Assembly (NCBI GenBank): GCA_001779925.1
Contig: MFEK01000007.1
Span: forward strand, 4,108 to 68,107
Length of the DNA: 64,000 bases
Origin: Candidatus Doudnabacteria bacterium RIFCSPHIGHO2_01_FULL_46_14
GTDB lineage: Bacteria > Patescibacteriota > Doudnabacteria > UBA920 > 2-01-FULL-46-14
Direction: 5' to 3'
Part shown: in pieces, positions 36,472 through 45,642 of the stretch
Numbering within the stretch: position 1 is the first letter of the stretch
Layout of the letters: each line of letters begins with the position of its first letter
The notes under the pieces: generated by a model
What the model saw: the letters and a program-made list of their open reading frames with translations, nothing else
What the model was told of the DNA's origin: nothing
Databases searched by the model: none
Program-made: the position numbers and the translations under genes

Positions 36472-37950
36472 TCAAAAACCAACGGGTTTTTGCTTATGCC
36501 AATCCGTGATTTGCTGATACGCATACCCAACTTGGAAGACCAACTCCTCACCCCATTGCGGACCAAGAATCTGCATACCTATAGGGAGACTGACCGCAGC
36601 GCCGTCATCCGGCTTGCCCAAACCGCACGGCACTCCCATCGCTGCCAAACCAGCCAATGAGGCTGGGATGTTGAGCTGATCGGCGATGTAACCGAACAGC
36701 GGGTCATCGGCAGCCTTGCCGATTTTCAAAGCGACATTTGGAGTAGATGGACAAAGAAGGATGTCAACTTTCTTGAACATCTCATGGAATTCATTGACCA
36801 AAAGCCTTCTGACTTTTTGCGCTTTGGTATAGTAAGCGTCCCGATAACCGGCTGACAGCGCATAGGCGCCAGTCATTATGCGGCGTTTAGCTTCGTCACC
36901 GAACCCTTCCGCCCGGCTTTTCGCGTAGAGCTCATACAGATCGTTTGCCTTGTCAGTGGTATGTCCAAAACGGATCGAATCATAGCGGGACAGATTGGAA
37001 CTGATCTCAGACGGGGTAACGATTGCGTAGACCATGGATCCGTAGGAGGTCATGGGCAGGGAGACTTCGATAATCTTCGGTCCCAATTTTCGGATTTCCT
37101 CAATCGCCATACTGACCTTTTCCTTAACATCTTTTTCAATACCCGGAACAAAATATTCCTGCGGCACGCCGATTCGCAAACCCTTCATGCTTCGCGTTAA
37201 ATTTTTCGACCAAGCTTTGACCGGCAGCTTTCCGGATGTCCCGTCCTTGGGATCAAAACCGGAGATTGCCTCAGCGGTGATTGCCAAATCTTCGGCTGAA
37301 CGCGCGACTGTGCCCATGGTGTCCATTGAAGAAGACATGGCAATCACTCCATATCGCGAAACGCGGCCATAAGTCGGTTTCCAGCCGGAAATGCCGCATA
37401 AACTCGCCGGTTGGCGGATCGAACCTCCGGTTTCAGTGGCAAGGGCAAAAGGAACAAGACCGGCCGAGACCGCAGCCGCGCTTCCCCCGGAAGACCCTCC
37501 GGGGTTGCGCTCCAAATCCCAGGGATTGTGGACTGGGCCATAATAGGAGGTTTCAGTAGAGGATCCGTGAGCGAATTGGTCAAGGTTGGTCTTGCCGACC
37601 AGCACCGCCCCGGCAGCGCGCAGTCTGGCGACCACAGTGCTGTCATACGGGGGAACAAAATTTTCTAAGATCTTGGAGGCTGCCGTGGTTCTCACACCCC
37701 GCGTACAAAATAAATCTTTGGCTGCGTACGGAATGCCGGTGAGCATTTCCTGAGAGCCGGCTGCAATTCGTTTGTCAGCAGCTCGCGCTTGCTCCAGGGC
37801 AAGATCTTCAGTCAAAGTGATGAATGCGTTCAGATCCTTGTTGAATTTTTTTATTCGATCCAAATAATATTTGGTAAGCTCCGCCGAAGAAAATCGCTTG
37901 CTATCCAAGCCCTGTCTGAGTTCTTTGATTGTCGCCAAATGAAAATCCAT
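36472..37950 (-). CDS. gatA: Asp/Glu-tRNA amidotransferase subunit A
   Basis: PGGSSGGSAAAV, ETGGSIRQPA. Confidence 0.97.
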   Translation of the reverse strand: MDFHLATIKELRQGLDSKRFSSAELTKYYLDRIKKFNKDLNAFITLTEDLALEQARAADKRIAAGSQEMLTGIPYAAKDLFCTRGVRTTAASKILENFVPPYDSTVVARLRAAGAVLVGKTNLDQFAHGSSTETSYYGPVHNPWDLERNPGGSSGGSAAAVSAGLVPFALATETGGSIRQPASLCGISGWKPTYGRVSRYGVIAMSSSMDTMGTVARSAEDLAITAEAISGFDPKDGTSGKLPVKAWSKNLTRSMKGLRIGVPQEYFVPGIEKDVKEKVSMAIEEIRKLGPKIIEVSLPMTSYGSMVYAIVTPSEISSNLSRYDSIRFGHTTDKANDLYELYAKSRAEGFGDEAKRRIMTGAYALSAGYRDAYYTKAQKVRRLLVNEFHEMFKKVDILLCPSTPNVALKIGKAADDPLFGYIADQLNIPASLAGLAAMGVPCGLGKPDDGAAVSLPIGMQILGPQWGEELVFQVGYAYQQITDWHKQKPVGF

Positions 37951-37953
37951 TTA

Positions 37954-38235
37954 TTATAAAACTTTCTTAACCCGGATAAACCGACCCGAAGTCTCAGAAA
38001 TGTTTTGCAAAATGTCATCAGCGATTCCCTGTTCCTCCGCCTCATCACTGCGAAAAATATTCTCAAGCCCGGTAACCTGGGCGAGCGGTTCCACTCCTGT
38101 GGTATCAACTGTTTTAAGAATCTCGATGTAACCTAAAATTTTGTTCAAATCTATCCGGTATTTTTCCAATTCTTCTTGTTTGAGCTCGATCCTGGCGAGT
38201 TTGGCGATGTAGGCCACCTCTTCTTGAGTAATCAT
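37954..38235 (-). CDS. gatC: Asp/Glu-tRNA amidotransferase subunit C
   Basis: MITQEEVAYIAKLARI...VDTTGVEP. Confidence 0.93.
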   Translation of the reverse strand: MITQEEVAYIAKLARIELKQEELEKYRIDLNKILGYIEILKTVDTTGVEPLAQVTGLENIFRSDEAEEQGIADDILQNISETSGRFIRVKKVL

Positions 38236-38335
38236 GGTTTTTGAAGCTTTATTGCTAAATGCTTGATTGACACCTCTACCCAATAGTATAAACTTAAAAG
38301 GCAGCAGCTCACAAGCATTAAATAAGGATACAAAT

Positions 38336-38893
38336 ATGACCCTATCATTGATCACTCTTATCGTAATCGGCCTGGCGGTTGGCTGGCTCATAGCCACCTA
38401 CAATGGACTCATTCGTTCCCGCAACCGCGTAGACGAAGCATGGAGCGACATCGAGGTTCAGCTCAAACGTCGCTATGACCTCATCCCTAACCTGATCTCC
38501 ACAGTCAAAGGATACGCGGCGCACGAAAGCGGGGTATTTGAAAAAGTCACCGCTGCTCGGACCGCGGCCATGAATGCTTCAAATACGCACGACAAATTGG
38601 AAAAAGAAAACATGCTTTCCGGCGCTCTCAAATCTCTGTTCGCAGTCGCAGAAAACTATCCTGACCTGAAAGCCAATCAAAATTTTCTGAGCTTGCAGAG
38701 CGATCTTACTGACACGGAAAACAAAATTCAAGCTTCCCGCCGCTTCTACAACGGCAATGTCCGTGATTACAATACTAAGATCCAAGTTTTCCCCACAAAT
38801 TTTATAGCCAGCATGCTCGGCTTCAGTGCTCGCGAATTTTTCGATATAGATGAAAAGGGAGTAGAGGGACAGGTCCCCCAAGTCAATTTCTAA
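38336..38893 (+). CDS. lemA: LemA family protein
   Basis: VQLKRRYDLIPNL, ENYPDLKANQNF. Confidence 0.95.
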   Translation: MTLSLITLIVIGLAVGWLIATYNGLIRSRNRVDEAWSDIEVQLKRRYDLIPNLISTVKGYAAHESGVFEKVTAARTAAMNASNTHDKLEKENMLSGALKSLFAVAENYPDLKANQNFLSLQSDLTDTENKIQASRRFYNGNVRDYNTKIQVFPTNFIASMLGFSAREFFDIDEKGVEGQVPQVNF

Positions 38894-38906
38894 TTGACCT
38901 AATTTC

Positions 38907-38964
38907 TACCCTTCGACAAGCTCAGGGAATAACTTATTTATTAGTTGGTGAGCCTGTCGAACCA
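38907..38964. repeat. REP-like inverted repeat nested in a CTAATT-type array
   Basis: CCCTTCGACAAGCTCAGGG / GGTGAGCCTGTCGAACC. Confidence 0.65.
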
Positions 38965-38998
38965 TAGGTCTATTAGAGATTAGGGTAATTAGAAATTT

Positions 38999-39904
38999 AT
39001 GGCTGTTGTCTATCAGCATATAACGGAAAATAAAATTAAAACTGCAGTGCTTCTGGCAGTCTTTTTGCTTCTGATAATCCTGCTTGGTTTCGTATTCAGC
39101 CAGGCTTACGGGGAGCCGACAATCCTTTATGCAGCCGTGGCGTTCAGTTTTATTTATTCGCTCATCAGCTACTATTTCAGCGCCAACATCACTCTGTCCC
39201 TGTCGCGCGCAGAAAAGGTTGATCGAACCACTAATCAGGATCTCTATAACCTTGTTGAAAACCTCGCTATTACAGCCGGCTTGCCGACCCCGAAAATCTA
39301 TATAATCCGCGACAGTGCCATGAATGCGTTTGCCACAGGACGCAATCCGGAAAACGCAGTAGTCGTGTTTACCACCGGCATCCTGGAACGGCTTAACAAA
39401 ACAGAGCTCGAAGGCGTAGTGGCGCACGAACTCTCGCACATCGGCAATTACGACATTCGCCTCATGACTCTGGTGGTGGTACTCGTCGGGATTTTGACCC
39501 TGCTTGCGGATTTTCTGCTGAGAATGACTTTTTATGGAGGGCGGTCGCGTTCCAAAAACAGTAATCAGATGCAAGCCTTGTTTATGGTACTGGGCATCGT
39601 TCTCGCGATTTTATCGCCGATTATCGCCACCCTGATTCAGTTGTCAATTTCCAGAAAACGGGAGTTCCTGGCTGACGCTTCAGGAATATTGCTTACTCGC
39701 TACCCCGAAGGCCTGGCTTCCGCGCTGGAAAAAATTTCCGCGGATACTGAGCCGCTGGAAGCAGCCAACAAAGCCACGGCCCATCTCTATATAGCGAACC
39801 CTCTAAAAAACCGCCATGGTAGTATTGGCTGGTTTGCCGGGCTTTTTAATACTCATCCGCCGGCAGAAGAGCGCGTCAAACGGTTGCGGGAAATGAATAA
39901 ATAA
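38999..39904 (+). CDS. htpX: Zinc metalloprotease HtpX (M48)
   Basis: NAFATG, HELSH, REFLAD, THPP. Confidence 0.95.
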   Translation: MAVVYQHITENKIKTAVLLAVFLLLIILLGFVFSQAYGEPTILYAAVAFSFIYSLISYYFSANITLSLSRAEKVDRTTNQDLYNLVENLAITAGLPTPKIYIIRDSAMNAFATGRNPENAVVVFTTGILERLNKTELEGVVAHELSHIGNYDIRLMTLVVVLVGILTLLADFLLRMTFYGGRSRSKNSNQMQALFMVLGIVLAILSPIIATLIQLSISRKREFLADASGILLTRYPEGLASALEKISADTEPLEAANKATAHLYIANPLKNRHGSIGWFAGLFNTHPPAEERVKRLREMNK

Positions 39905-39944
39905 CCTAAACTGCCTCCAGATAACTTTCGTTAAGGAGGCAACA

Positions 39945-40178
39945 ATGGCTTTGAAAAAACTTCGCATGATTTGCGCGGGCGGAGACAAAACGCTCGCCGA
40001 ATGGGATACGGACACTGTGAGCCCTGATCGGCTGAAAAAGATCGAGGAGGAATTCAATCAGAAGCTTTCTGCAGGCTGGTTCGCGGCTGATATTTCCGAA
40101 AAACGGGATGTACTCATCCGCGAGTTTGACCCGCAGGCCGAGATCCTCTTGATCCCGCGAGTCCAGGGCGGCTGCTGA
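39945..40178 (+). CDS. Small protein ending in PRVQGGC (ubiquitin-like tail)
   Basis: 77 aa with AAGGAGG Shine-Dalgarno. Confidence 0.75.
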   Translation: MALKKLRMICAGGDKTLAEWDTDTVSPDRLKKIEEEFNQKLSAGWFAADISEKRDVLIREFDPQAEILLIPRVQGGC

Positions 40179-40639
40179 TGGCCGGTCTAGCACAAAACAA
40201 TTTCCCCTTGCAAAGGATAGACATATTCGTTTATCCCTCGCAGGATGACTACGAGCGGGCCAGGGACAAGGCCAGGGATCTGCTTCGGTCAATAGTAACC
40301 GAACTGGAGTGGTCCGAACTGGAAAACAAGGGCGTGATCGAGCTGGCAGGAAAACGCGCCAGATATGATATCTCACCTTATAGCCAGACAGAAATCCGGG
40401 ATTTAAACTCCGGCCGGATCACAGCATACGCCTGCCTGCAGCTATCCATTCTGGCGCCGACCTATGACCGGATGGTCGCGGAATACCTGCTCATCAAAAA
40501 CGCGGAAGATGATTACTGGGAAACTGCAAACATCTTTTCGCGCAGGGTAGACGAGTTTGGCACCAGGACTATGCTTCTGATCGGCCTTATCATCGCGATG
40601 TTAGCGGATCTCCTGCTTAATGTTTTCCATATGCGATGA
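40178..40639 (+). CDS. Hypothetical protein with C-terminal TM helix
   Basis: TGATG translational coupling to the upstream gene. Confidence 0.75.
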   Translation: MAGLAQNNFPLQRIDIFVYPSQDDYERARDKARDLLRSIVTELEWSELENKGVIELAGKRARYDISPYSQTEIRDLNSGRITAYACLQLSILAPTYDRMVAEYLLIKNAEDDYWETANIFSRRVDEFGTRTMLLIGLIIAMLADLLLNVFHMR

Positions 40640-40661
40640 TGCGACACAACCGAAAGGCGCT

Positions 40662-41108
40662 CTACCTCAAAATGGTGAGCGCCTTTCTTACTGCCTCGCC
40701 GCGGAATCCGCGTCTGGCAAACGCGGCCGACAGCTGTTCGTAAGCTGTTTTTTTTTGTTTCAGCAATTTTTTTAAAAGCCTTTGGGCTACCGCCATCTCC
40801 TCTTCCAGGGTAAAAAACTCTTTCAACGCGTCGGCCGCAATATCCTCCGGAATCTGTCTTTGAGCCAGCTTGACTTTAATGCCATAATAACCAAAATCTT
40901 TGTAACGCTTGAGGTTTTCCACAAAAATTTCAGCAAAGCGCTTGTCATTTAAAAAATCCGACTCTTCGAGTCTGCGCAGAACCGGCAAAATATCGCCGTC
41001 TTTGAAGCCGCGGGTCTTCAGCTTACGGTGCAGCTCACCCGTGGTGTGAAACCTGATTGATAAAAGCTTAATGGCTTTTTCGTAAACTTTTTCGTTAATT
41101 TCACTCAT
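40662..41108 (-). CDS. recX: Regulatory protein RecX
   Basis: KAIKLLSIR..GEL..KL, LNDKRFA, RRGF; start at MSEIN. Confidence 0.85.
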   Translation of the reverse strand: MSEINEKVYEKAIKLLSIRFHTTGELHRKLKTRGFKDGDILPVLRRLEESDFLNDKRFAEIFVENLKRYKDFGYYGIKVKLAQRQIPEDIAADALKEFFTLEEEMAVAQRLLKKLLKQKKTAYEQLSAAFARRGFRGEAVRKALTILR

Positions 41109-41230
41109 GGTATACTTATAATCATAACACGGCGGCCTCTCCCTGCCCCCGGCTACCATCCCCAGGCCTGGAGAAGGAAAGGAAGGGGTCCAATCCACAT
41201 TCGACATTCTAAATTCCATATTCGAACCCA

Positions 41231-43705
41231 ATGACCGATTTCATAAACGAAAAATTTTCCTCTCGGGCCAAAAATGCCCTAAAGACTGCACAAAAAATCT
41301 CTGAAGAGCTCGGCTATACCTATATCGGCTCTGAGCATTTACTATTTGGAATAGTGGTAGAGTTCAGCTCGTTTGCCTCTGAGGTAATTCTCAAAAATAA
41401 GATCAATGAAGAATTGCTACGCATGGAGCTCATCCGGCGCAGAAAACAACCTCTTTTTCCGGAAGCAAAGATTACTCCCGACGTCAAAGCATGCTTGGAA
41501 AGAGCGGCTATTATTGCAGCAAAATATCAATACCAGTTTATAGGCACCGAACATTTTCTTTATGGAATAGTAGACAGTGAAGATAATGAAGCAAGGAGGA
41601 TCCTCACTGCTCTTGGCATCGAGCCGCGGGAGATTAAAAAAAACTTGCTTTCCATTTTTGAAAATGTCTCCAAATTTCCAGATCCGGTGATGCGTGAAAC
41701 CCCCAGGATCCCGGATGAGCCAAATATGGCAGGTGGCGCTCTCAGCTATTTCACGACCGACCTTACCGCTAGGGCCAATGCTGGACACATTGATCCGCTC
41801 ATCGGCCGAAAAGATGAAGTCGAAAGACTCGTTAGCATTCTCGGACGGCGCCACAAAAACAATCCTGTCCTCATTGGCGAGCCAGGCGTTGGCAAGACTG
41901 CGATTGTTGAAGGGCTGGCCCTGGCAATCAAACAGCGAAAGGTTGCCCGGAATCTTCTTGGCAAACGAATCTTGTCTCTTGATCTGGCACTGATGGTCGC
42001 AGGATCAATGTTCCGCGGCGAATTTGAAAATCGCCTCAAGCAGGTACTGGAAGAAATAAAAGAATCAACTGATGTAATCTTGTTTATTGACGAATTGCAC
42101 ACCCTTGTAGGCGCAGGAGCCGCGACAGGCAGTCTTGATGCTGCCAATATTCTTAAACCTGCCCTGGCACGCGGAGAAATACGCGCGATCGGGGCCACGA
42201 CTCTGTCGGAATATAAAAAACATATCGAGACTGACCCTGCTCTGGAGCGCCGGTTCCAGCCGATCGTTGTTCGAGAACCAACTCCTGCTGAAGCACTCGA
42301 GATTCTCAAGGGTCTGCGGCCTCATTACGAAAACCACCATGGGGTAAAAATCACGGAAGATGCCCTGGAAGAAGCCATAAAACTCTCCGTGCGCTATATT
42401 GGCGAGCGTTTTTTGCCTGACAAAGCTTTGGACCTGATTGACGAAACTGCGGCTTTCCATAAGATGCACCATGATCAAAAAAATCTTGATCCCGGATCTG
42501 AAAATCCCCAGGAGAATCTTGAATATCTGGTAGCGCAGAAGCGGCTGGCAGTGCTGAACCGAAATTTTGAAAAAGCGACTGTTCTCCGCGGCCAGGAAAA
42601 CGTACTTCTCAAAAACCTCGACAGCGCGAAAAAAAACGAAACTGATAAACCTCCTATTTTAGAAATATCCAAATCGCATATTGCCGGATCGGTAGCCCGG
42701 ATAACAGGCATTCCTATTGAAGCACTACGGGCCGCCGACCGTTCGCATTTAAAAAACCTGGAAAAAAGGTTGAAAACCAAGATTCTGGGCCAGGATAACG
42801 CTATCAAGGAAATTTCCTCGGCGATCCGCCGCTCACGAGCCGGAATCTCTTCGGCCACGCGACCTTTGGGCTCTTTTATGTTTCTCGGGCCTTCCGGAGT
42901 TGGTAAAACCCTCCTTGCAAAAATACTGGCGCGCGAACTGTTTGGAGACGAAAAGGCCTTGGTGCGGATCGATATGTCAGAATTAATGGAGCGTCACAAT
43001 GTCGCGCGCCTTATCGGCGCTCCGGCAGGGTACGTGGGATTTGAGGAAGGCGGCCGGCTCACGGAAACAATCAGAAGAAAGCCCTACTCCATAGTGCTGT
43101 TTGACGAAATGGAAAAAGCTCACGCAGACGTGTTTAATCTGTTGCTGCAAATTCTCGAAGAAGGAGAACTCACCGATGCTGCCGGAAAAGTTGTGAATTT
43201 CCGCAATACCTTGATTATCATGACCTCGAATATTGGCCTCAGTACGTTTAACAAAGCCGCGCGCGGCTTTGGCTTTGACAGAGACAGGAAATCGAAAGTA
43301 AATTTTGAACAGACTGCAGAAGCGGTACTCGATGAAGTCAAAACGAATCTGCGTACGGAATTTATAAACCGGATAGATAAAATAATCGTGTTCGAACCGA
43401 TCAAAGCTGAGGAACTTGAAAAAATTGCGGTCTTGGAAATGGAAAAATTGAAAAAACAGCTCTCAGAACTCGGCATTCACCTAACTGCATCACAAAAAAC
43501 CTATGAGTATCTGGCGAAAATAAGTTTTGACCCGGAGCAGGGGGCGCGAAAAATCCGTAAAAACATACAGGAACAGGTGGAAGATTTGATAGCAAAAAAA
43601 ATTATCGCAGGCAGCATCAAACCCGGTCAAAATATCGAACTCACTCTCAAAGGCAATAAAACAAAAGCTTTGCATGTTCAAATCGTGGACCGGATCACTG
43701 CTTGA
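41231..43705 (+). CDS. clpC: Clp protease ATP-binding subunit
   Basis: Clp-N repeats, GEPGVGKT and GPSGVGKT. Confidence 0.93.
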   Translation: MTDFINEKFSSRAKNALKTAQKISEELGYTYIGSEHLLFGIVVEFSSFASEVILKNKINEELLRMELIRRRKQPLFPEAKITPDVKACLERAAIIAAKYQYQFIGTEHFLYGIVDSEDNEARRILTALGIEPREIKKNLLSIFENVSKFPDPVMRETPRIPDEPNMAGGALSYFTTDLTARANAGHIDPLIGRKDEVERLVSILGRRHKNNPVLIGEPGVGKTAIVEGLALAIKQRKVARNLLGKRILSLDLALMVAGSMFRGEFENRLKQVLEEIKESTDVILFIDELHTLVGAGAATGSLDAANILKPALARGEIRAIGATTLSEYKKHIETDPALERRFQPIVVREPTPAEALEILKGLRPHYENHHGVKITEDALEEAIKLSVRYIGERFLPDKALDLIDETAAFHKMHHDQKNLDPGSENPQENLEYLVAQKRLAVLNRNFEKATVLRGQENVLLKNLDSAKKNETDKPPILEISKSHIAGSVARITGIPIEALRAADRSHLKNLEKRLKTKILGQDNAIKEISSAIRRSRAGISSATRPLGSFMFLGPSGVGKTLLAKILARELFGDEKALVRIDMSELMERHNVARLIGAPAGYVGFEEGGRLTETIRRKPYSIVLFDEMEKAHADVFNLLLQILEEGELTDAAGKVVNFRNTLIIMTSNIGLSTFNKAARGFGFDRDRKSKVNFEQTAEAVLDEVKTNLRTEFINRIDKIIVFEPIKAEELEKIAVLEMEKLKKQLSELGIHLTASQKTYEYLAKISFDPEQGARKIRKNIQEQVEDLIAKKIIAGSIKPGQNIELTLKGNKTKALHVQIVDRITA

Positions 43706-44381
43706 TTTTGTTTTTCCAGTGTTTTGCCAGGGGTGCGCGCGCGAAGGCTCTTACCTCTGCCTGCCCTGCCAAAACAGAATCGAATCCCCTATCCATCGCT
43801 GCCCTGTTTGCAGTAAAAATTCTGCCCTCGGGCAGGTTCACCACGAGTGCGCCAATCCCAAGACAGCCTTAAACGGCCTAATGGTCGCGGCTGAGTATCG
43901 CACACCTGCTGTCCGCAATCTCATCTGGCAGCTCAAATACAATTCAGTACGCGATATCAGCCAAACAATCGCGCTCGTCATGGCTGATTTTATCATCAAA
44001 AATGACCTTGCGGATTATTTTGCGCAGAGTACGATCATCGCCGTTCCGACCCATAAAAAAAGACTGCGTTTCCGGGGGTTCAACCAGGCCGAAGAGATCT
44101 CCAGACATTTCGCGGCCAGTCTTGGACTCGAGTACTGCGAAGCACTAGTCAAATCCAAACCAACAACCAGACAGGTTGATCTGCAAAAAAATGAACGCCT
44201 GGAAAATCTTAAAGGCGTGTTTGAACCCTATACCTCCCTGCAAACTGAGAAGGTGCTGGGTAAAAAAATTATCCTTGTGGACGATGTAGCCACCACTGGT
44301 ACGACGCTGAACGAATGCGCTCTGGCTTTGCAAAAATTGGAACCAGCGGAAATCTGGGGCCTTGTAGTGGCAAGAAATTAA
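43674..44381 (+). CDS. comF: ComF family phosphoribosyltransferase-like protein
   Basis: Zn-ribbon cysteines, RGFNQA, LVDDVATTGTTL. Confidence 0.92.
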   Translation: MFKSWTGSLLDFVFPVFCQGCAREGSYLCLPCQNRIESPIHRCPVCSKNSALGQVHHECANPKTALNGLMVAAEYRTPAVRNLIWQLKYNSVRDISQTIALVMADFIIKNDLADYFAQSTIIAVPTHKKRLRFRGFNQAEEISRHFAASLGLEYCEALVKSKPTTRQVDLQKNERLENLKGVFEPYTSLQTEKVLGKKIILVDDVATTGTTLNECALALQKLEPAEIWGLVVARN

Positions 44382-44420
44382 TAATCCAAAACAAAAAACA
44401 GATCAATACGATCCGTTTTT

Positions 44421-44494
44421 TGGTGCCCCCGCGAAGAACCCCAGTAGTAGAACGGATTACCGTTCACTACGGGGCAAGTCGAACTTCTCTACAC
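44421..44494 (-). pseudogene. 3' part of a relic tRNA with a hairpin inserted in the T loop
   Basis: GAAGTTCGAC[insert 44439-44474]TCTTCGCGGGGGCACCA. Confidence 0.7.
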
Positions 44495-44525
44495 GGCACT
44501 TGCCCGGTACTAAAATATGCGTAAT

Positions 44526-44602
44526 TGGTGCGCTCGACAGGGATCGAACCTGTGACCTCAAGCTCCGCAAGCTTGCGCTCTATCCAACTGAGCTACGAGC
44601 GC
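44526..44602 (-). tRNA. tRNA-Arg(GCG)
   Basis: CAAGC-TTGCGGA-GCTTG, full cloverleaf, CCA. Confidence 0.93.
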
Positions 44603-44620
44603 ATATTTTTAGTACCTGGG

Positions 44621-44639
44621 TCCATTGAGCTACGGGGGC
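44621..44639 (-). pseudogene. 5' part of the relic tRNA
   Basis: GCCCCCGTAGCTCAATGGA; its acceptor strand pairs with CGGGGGC of the 44421 fragment. Confidence 0.7.
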
Positions 44640-44702
44640 GCTTGAAAAATTATAACAAAAACCCCAGATTTTGTCTCGGGGGTTTGAAATCCACGATTTT
44701 TA

Positions 44703-45560
44703 TTACTGCACTGCTTCGGGCTCGTTGTTTTCGTCAATGGTGACTACATCGCCGAGCTGAGTATCGGTTTCGACCGGCGTATCTTTTACGACCGGACTCT
44801 TTATTATTTTCTTACTCTTTGCAGGAAAACTGGGAACACTTGAGGTGGTTTTTGGCGTTGTCGTAGCCTCAGTCACATTTTCTTCTCCAGCGCTCACTGT
44901 TGTGCCCTTGACCTCTTCACTGGTCAATTTCGTTATAGATTCTTTGGTGCTAATGATGGCATGCTCTACTGCCTCTTTGACCTCGCTCGTCGCGCCAGAA
45001 CCCACGCTGGTCAAAACTTTTTCCTGTTCAACCGCCACCTCAGTAGCCTCATTTGTCAGCTCTGGTCTGACCTCAAAAACAGCCACCACCTCTACCATTT
45101 CTTCGGTTGAAGTCTTTAAAGCCGCCAAAGTATCCTCGACAATCTTTGTGTCTTTCTTGGCTTCCACGAGAGTTTTTACTTCCGCAAGTCTGCGCTTGGC
45201 ATGTCTGATGCTAACCTTGACCTTGGCTTCATCAGTGACGGCAGCAACCTTTTCCACCTGTTCAGCTACGATCTTGACCGGATACAGGGTTTCACCAGGC
45301 TGGGCATTGGCGACCGACCCTACCATAGTCAAAGCCAAAATCACCACCATGACAGTAGCCCCGATTCTGGCAAGAGTCCGCGGCAAAAATAGGTATTTCC
45401 ATACCGGCAGGCTGATTTCGGCTTTGTCCTGCAGTCTCGCGGCTATTATATAATTATGGACGCGCTGCCAAACCTTTTCTTTATCAGAAAAAGGCAAAAG
45501 CTTCCGCGGCAAACCCGCGGACATTTGGCTTATTAATTTTTCGAACTCATTATCATTCAC
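44703..45560 (-). CDS. Anti-sigma-like membrane protein (DUF5667-like); GTG start supplied by MITE
   Basis: AQPGETLYPVK...HAKRRLAE, downstream of an ECF sigma gene. Confidence 0.75.
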   Translation of the reverse strand: MNDNEFEKLISQMSAGLPRKLLPFSDKEKVWQRVHNYIIAARLQDKAEISLPVWKYLFLPRTLARIGATVMVVILALTMVGSVANAQPGETLYPVKIVAEQVEKVAAVTDEAKVKVSIRHAKRRLAEVKTLVEAKKDTKIVEDTLAALKTSTEEMVEVVAVFEVRPELTNEATEVAVEQEKVLTSVGSGATSEVKEAVEHAIISTKESITKLTSEEVKGTTVSAGEENVTEATTTPKTTSSVPSFPAKSKKIIKSPVVKDTPVETDTQLGDVVTIDENNEPEAVQ

Positions 45561-45642
45561 CCCGTTAGAAATCCTATGTTAATTATTTTACTTTAAGTCT
45601 CGATTTTTCCTACCACTCCCGTTAGCGAGATTTCTAACGGGG
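45560..45642. mobile_element. Family B MITE, copy 4
   Basis: Perfect 14-bp TIR CCCCGTTAGAAATC with TTCA direct repeats. Confidence 0.85.

Noticed and set aside
39945-40178. Pup or UBact
   Set aside because: Those are disordered, end in GG(E/Q) or G(E/Q), and sit beside proteasome or pafA genes, none of which are present.
41417-43681. Long antisense ORFs within clpC, dnaE, kinases and gatAB
   Set aside because: Antisense shadows of well-supported genes with no motifs of their own.
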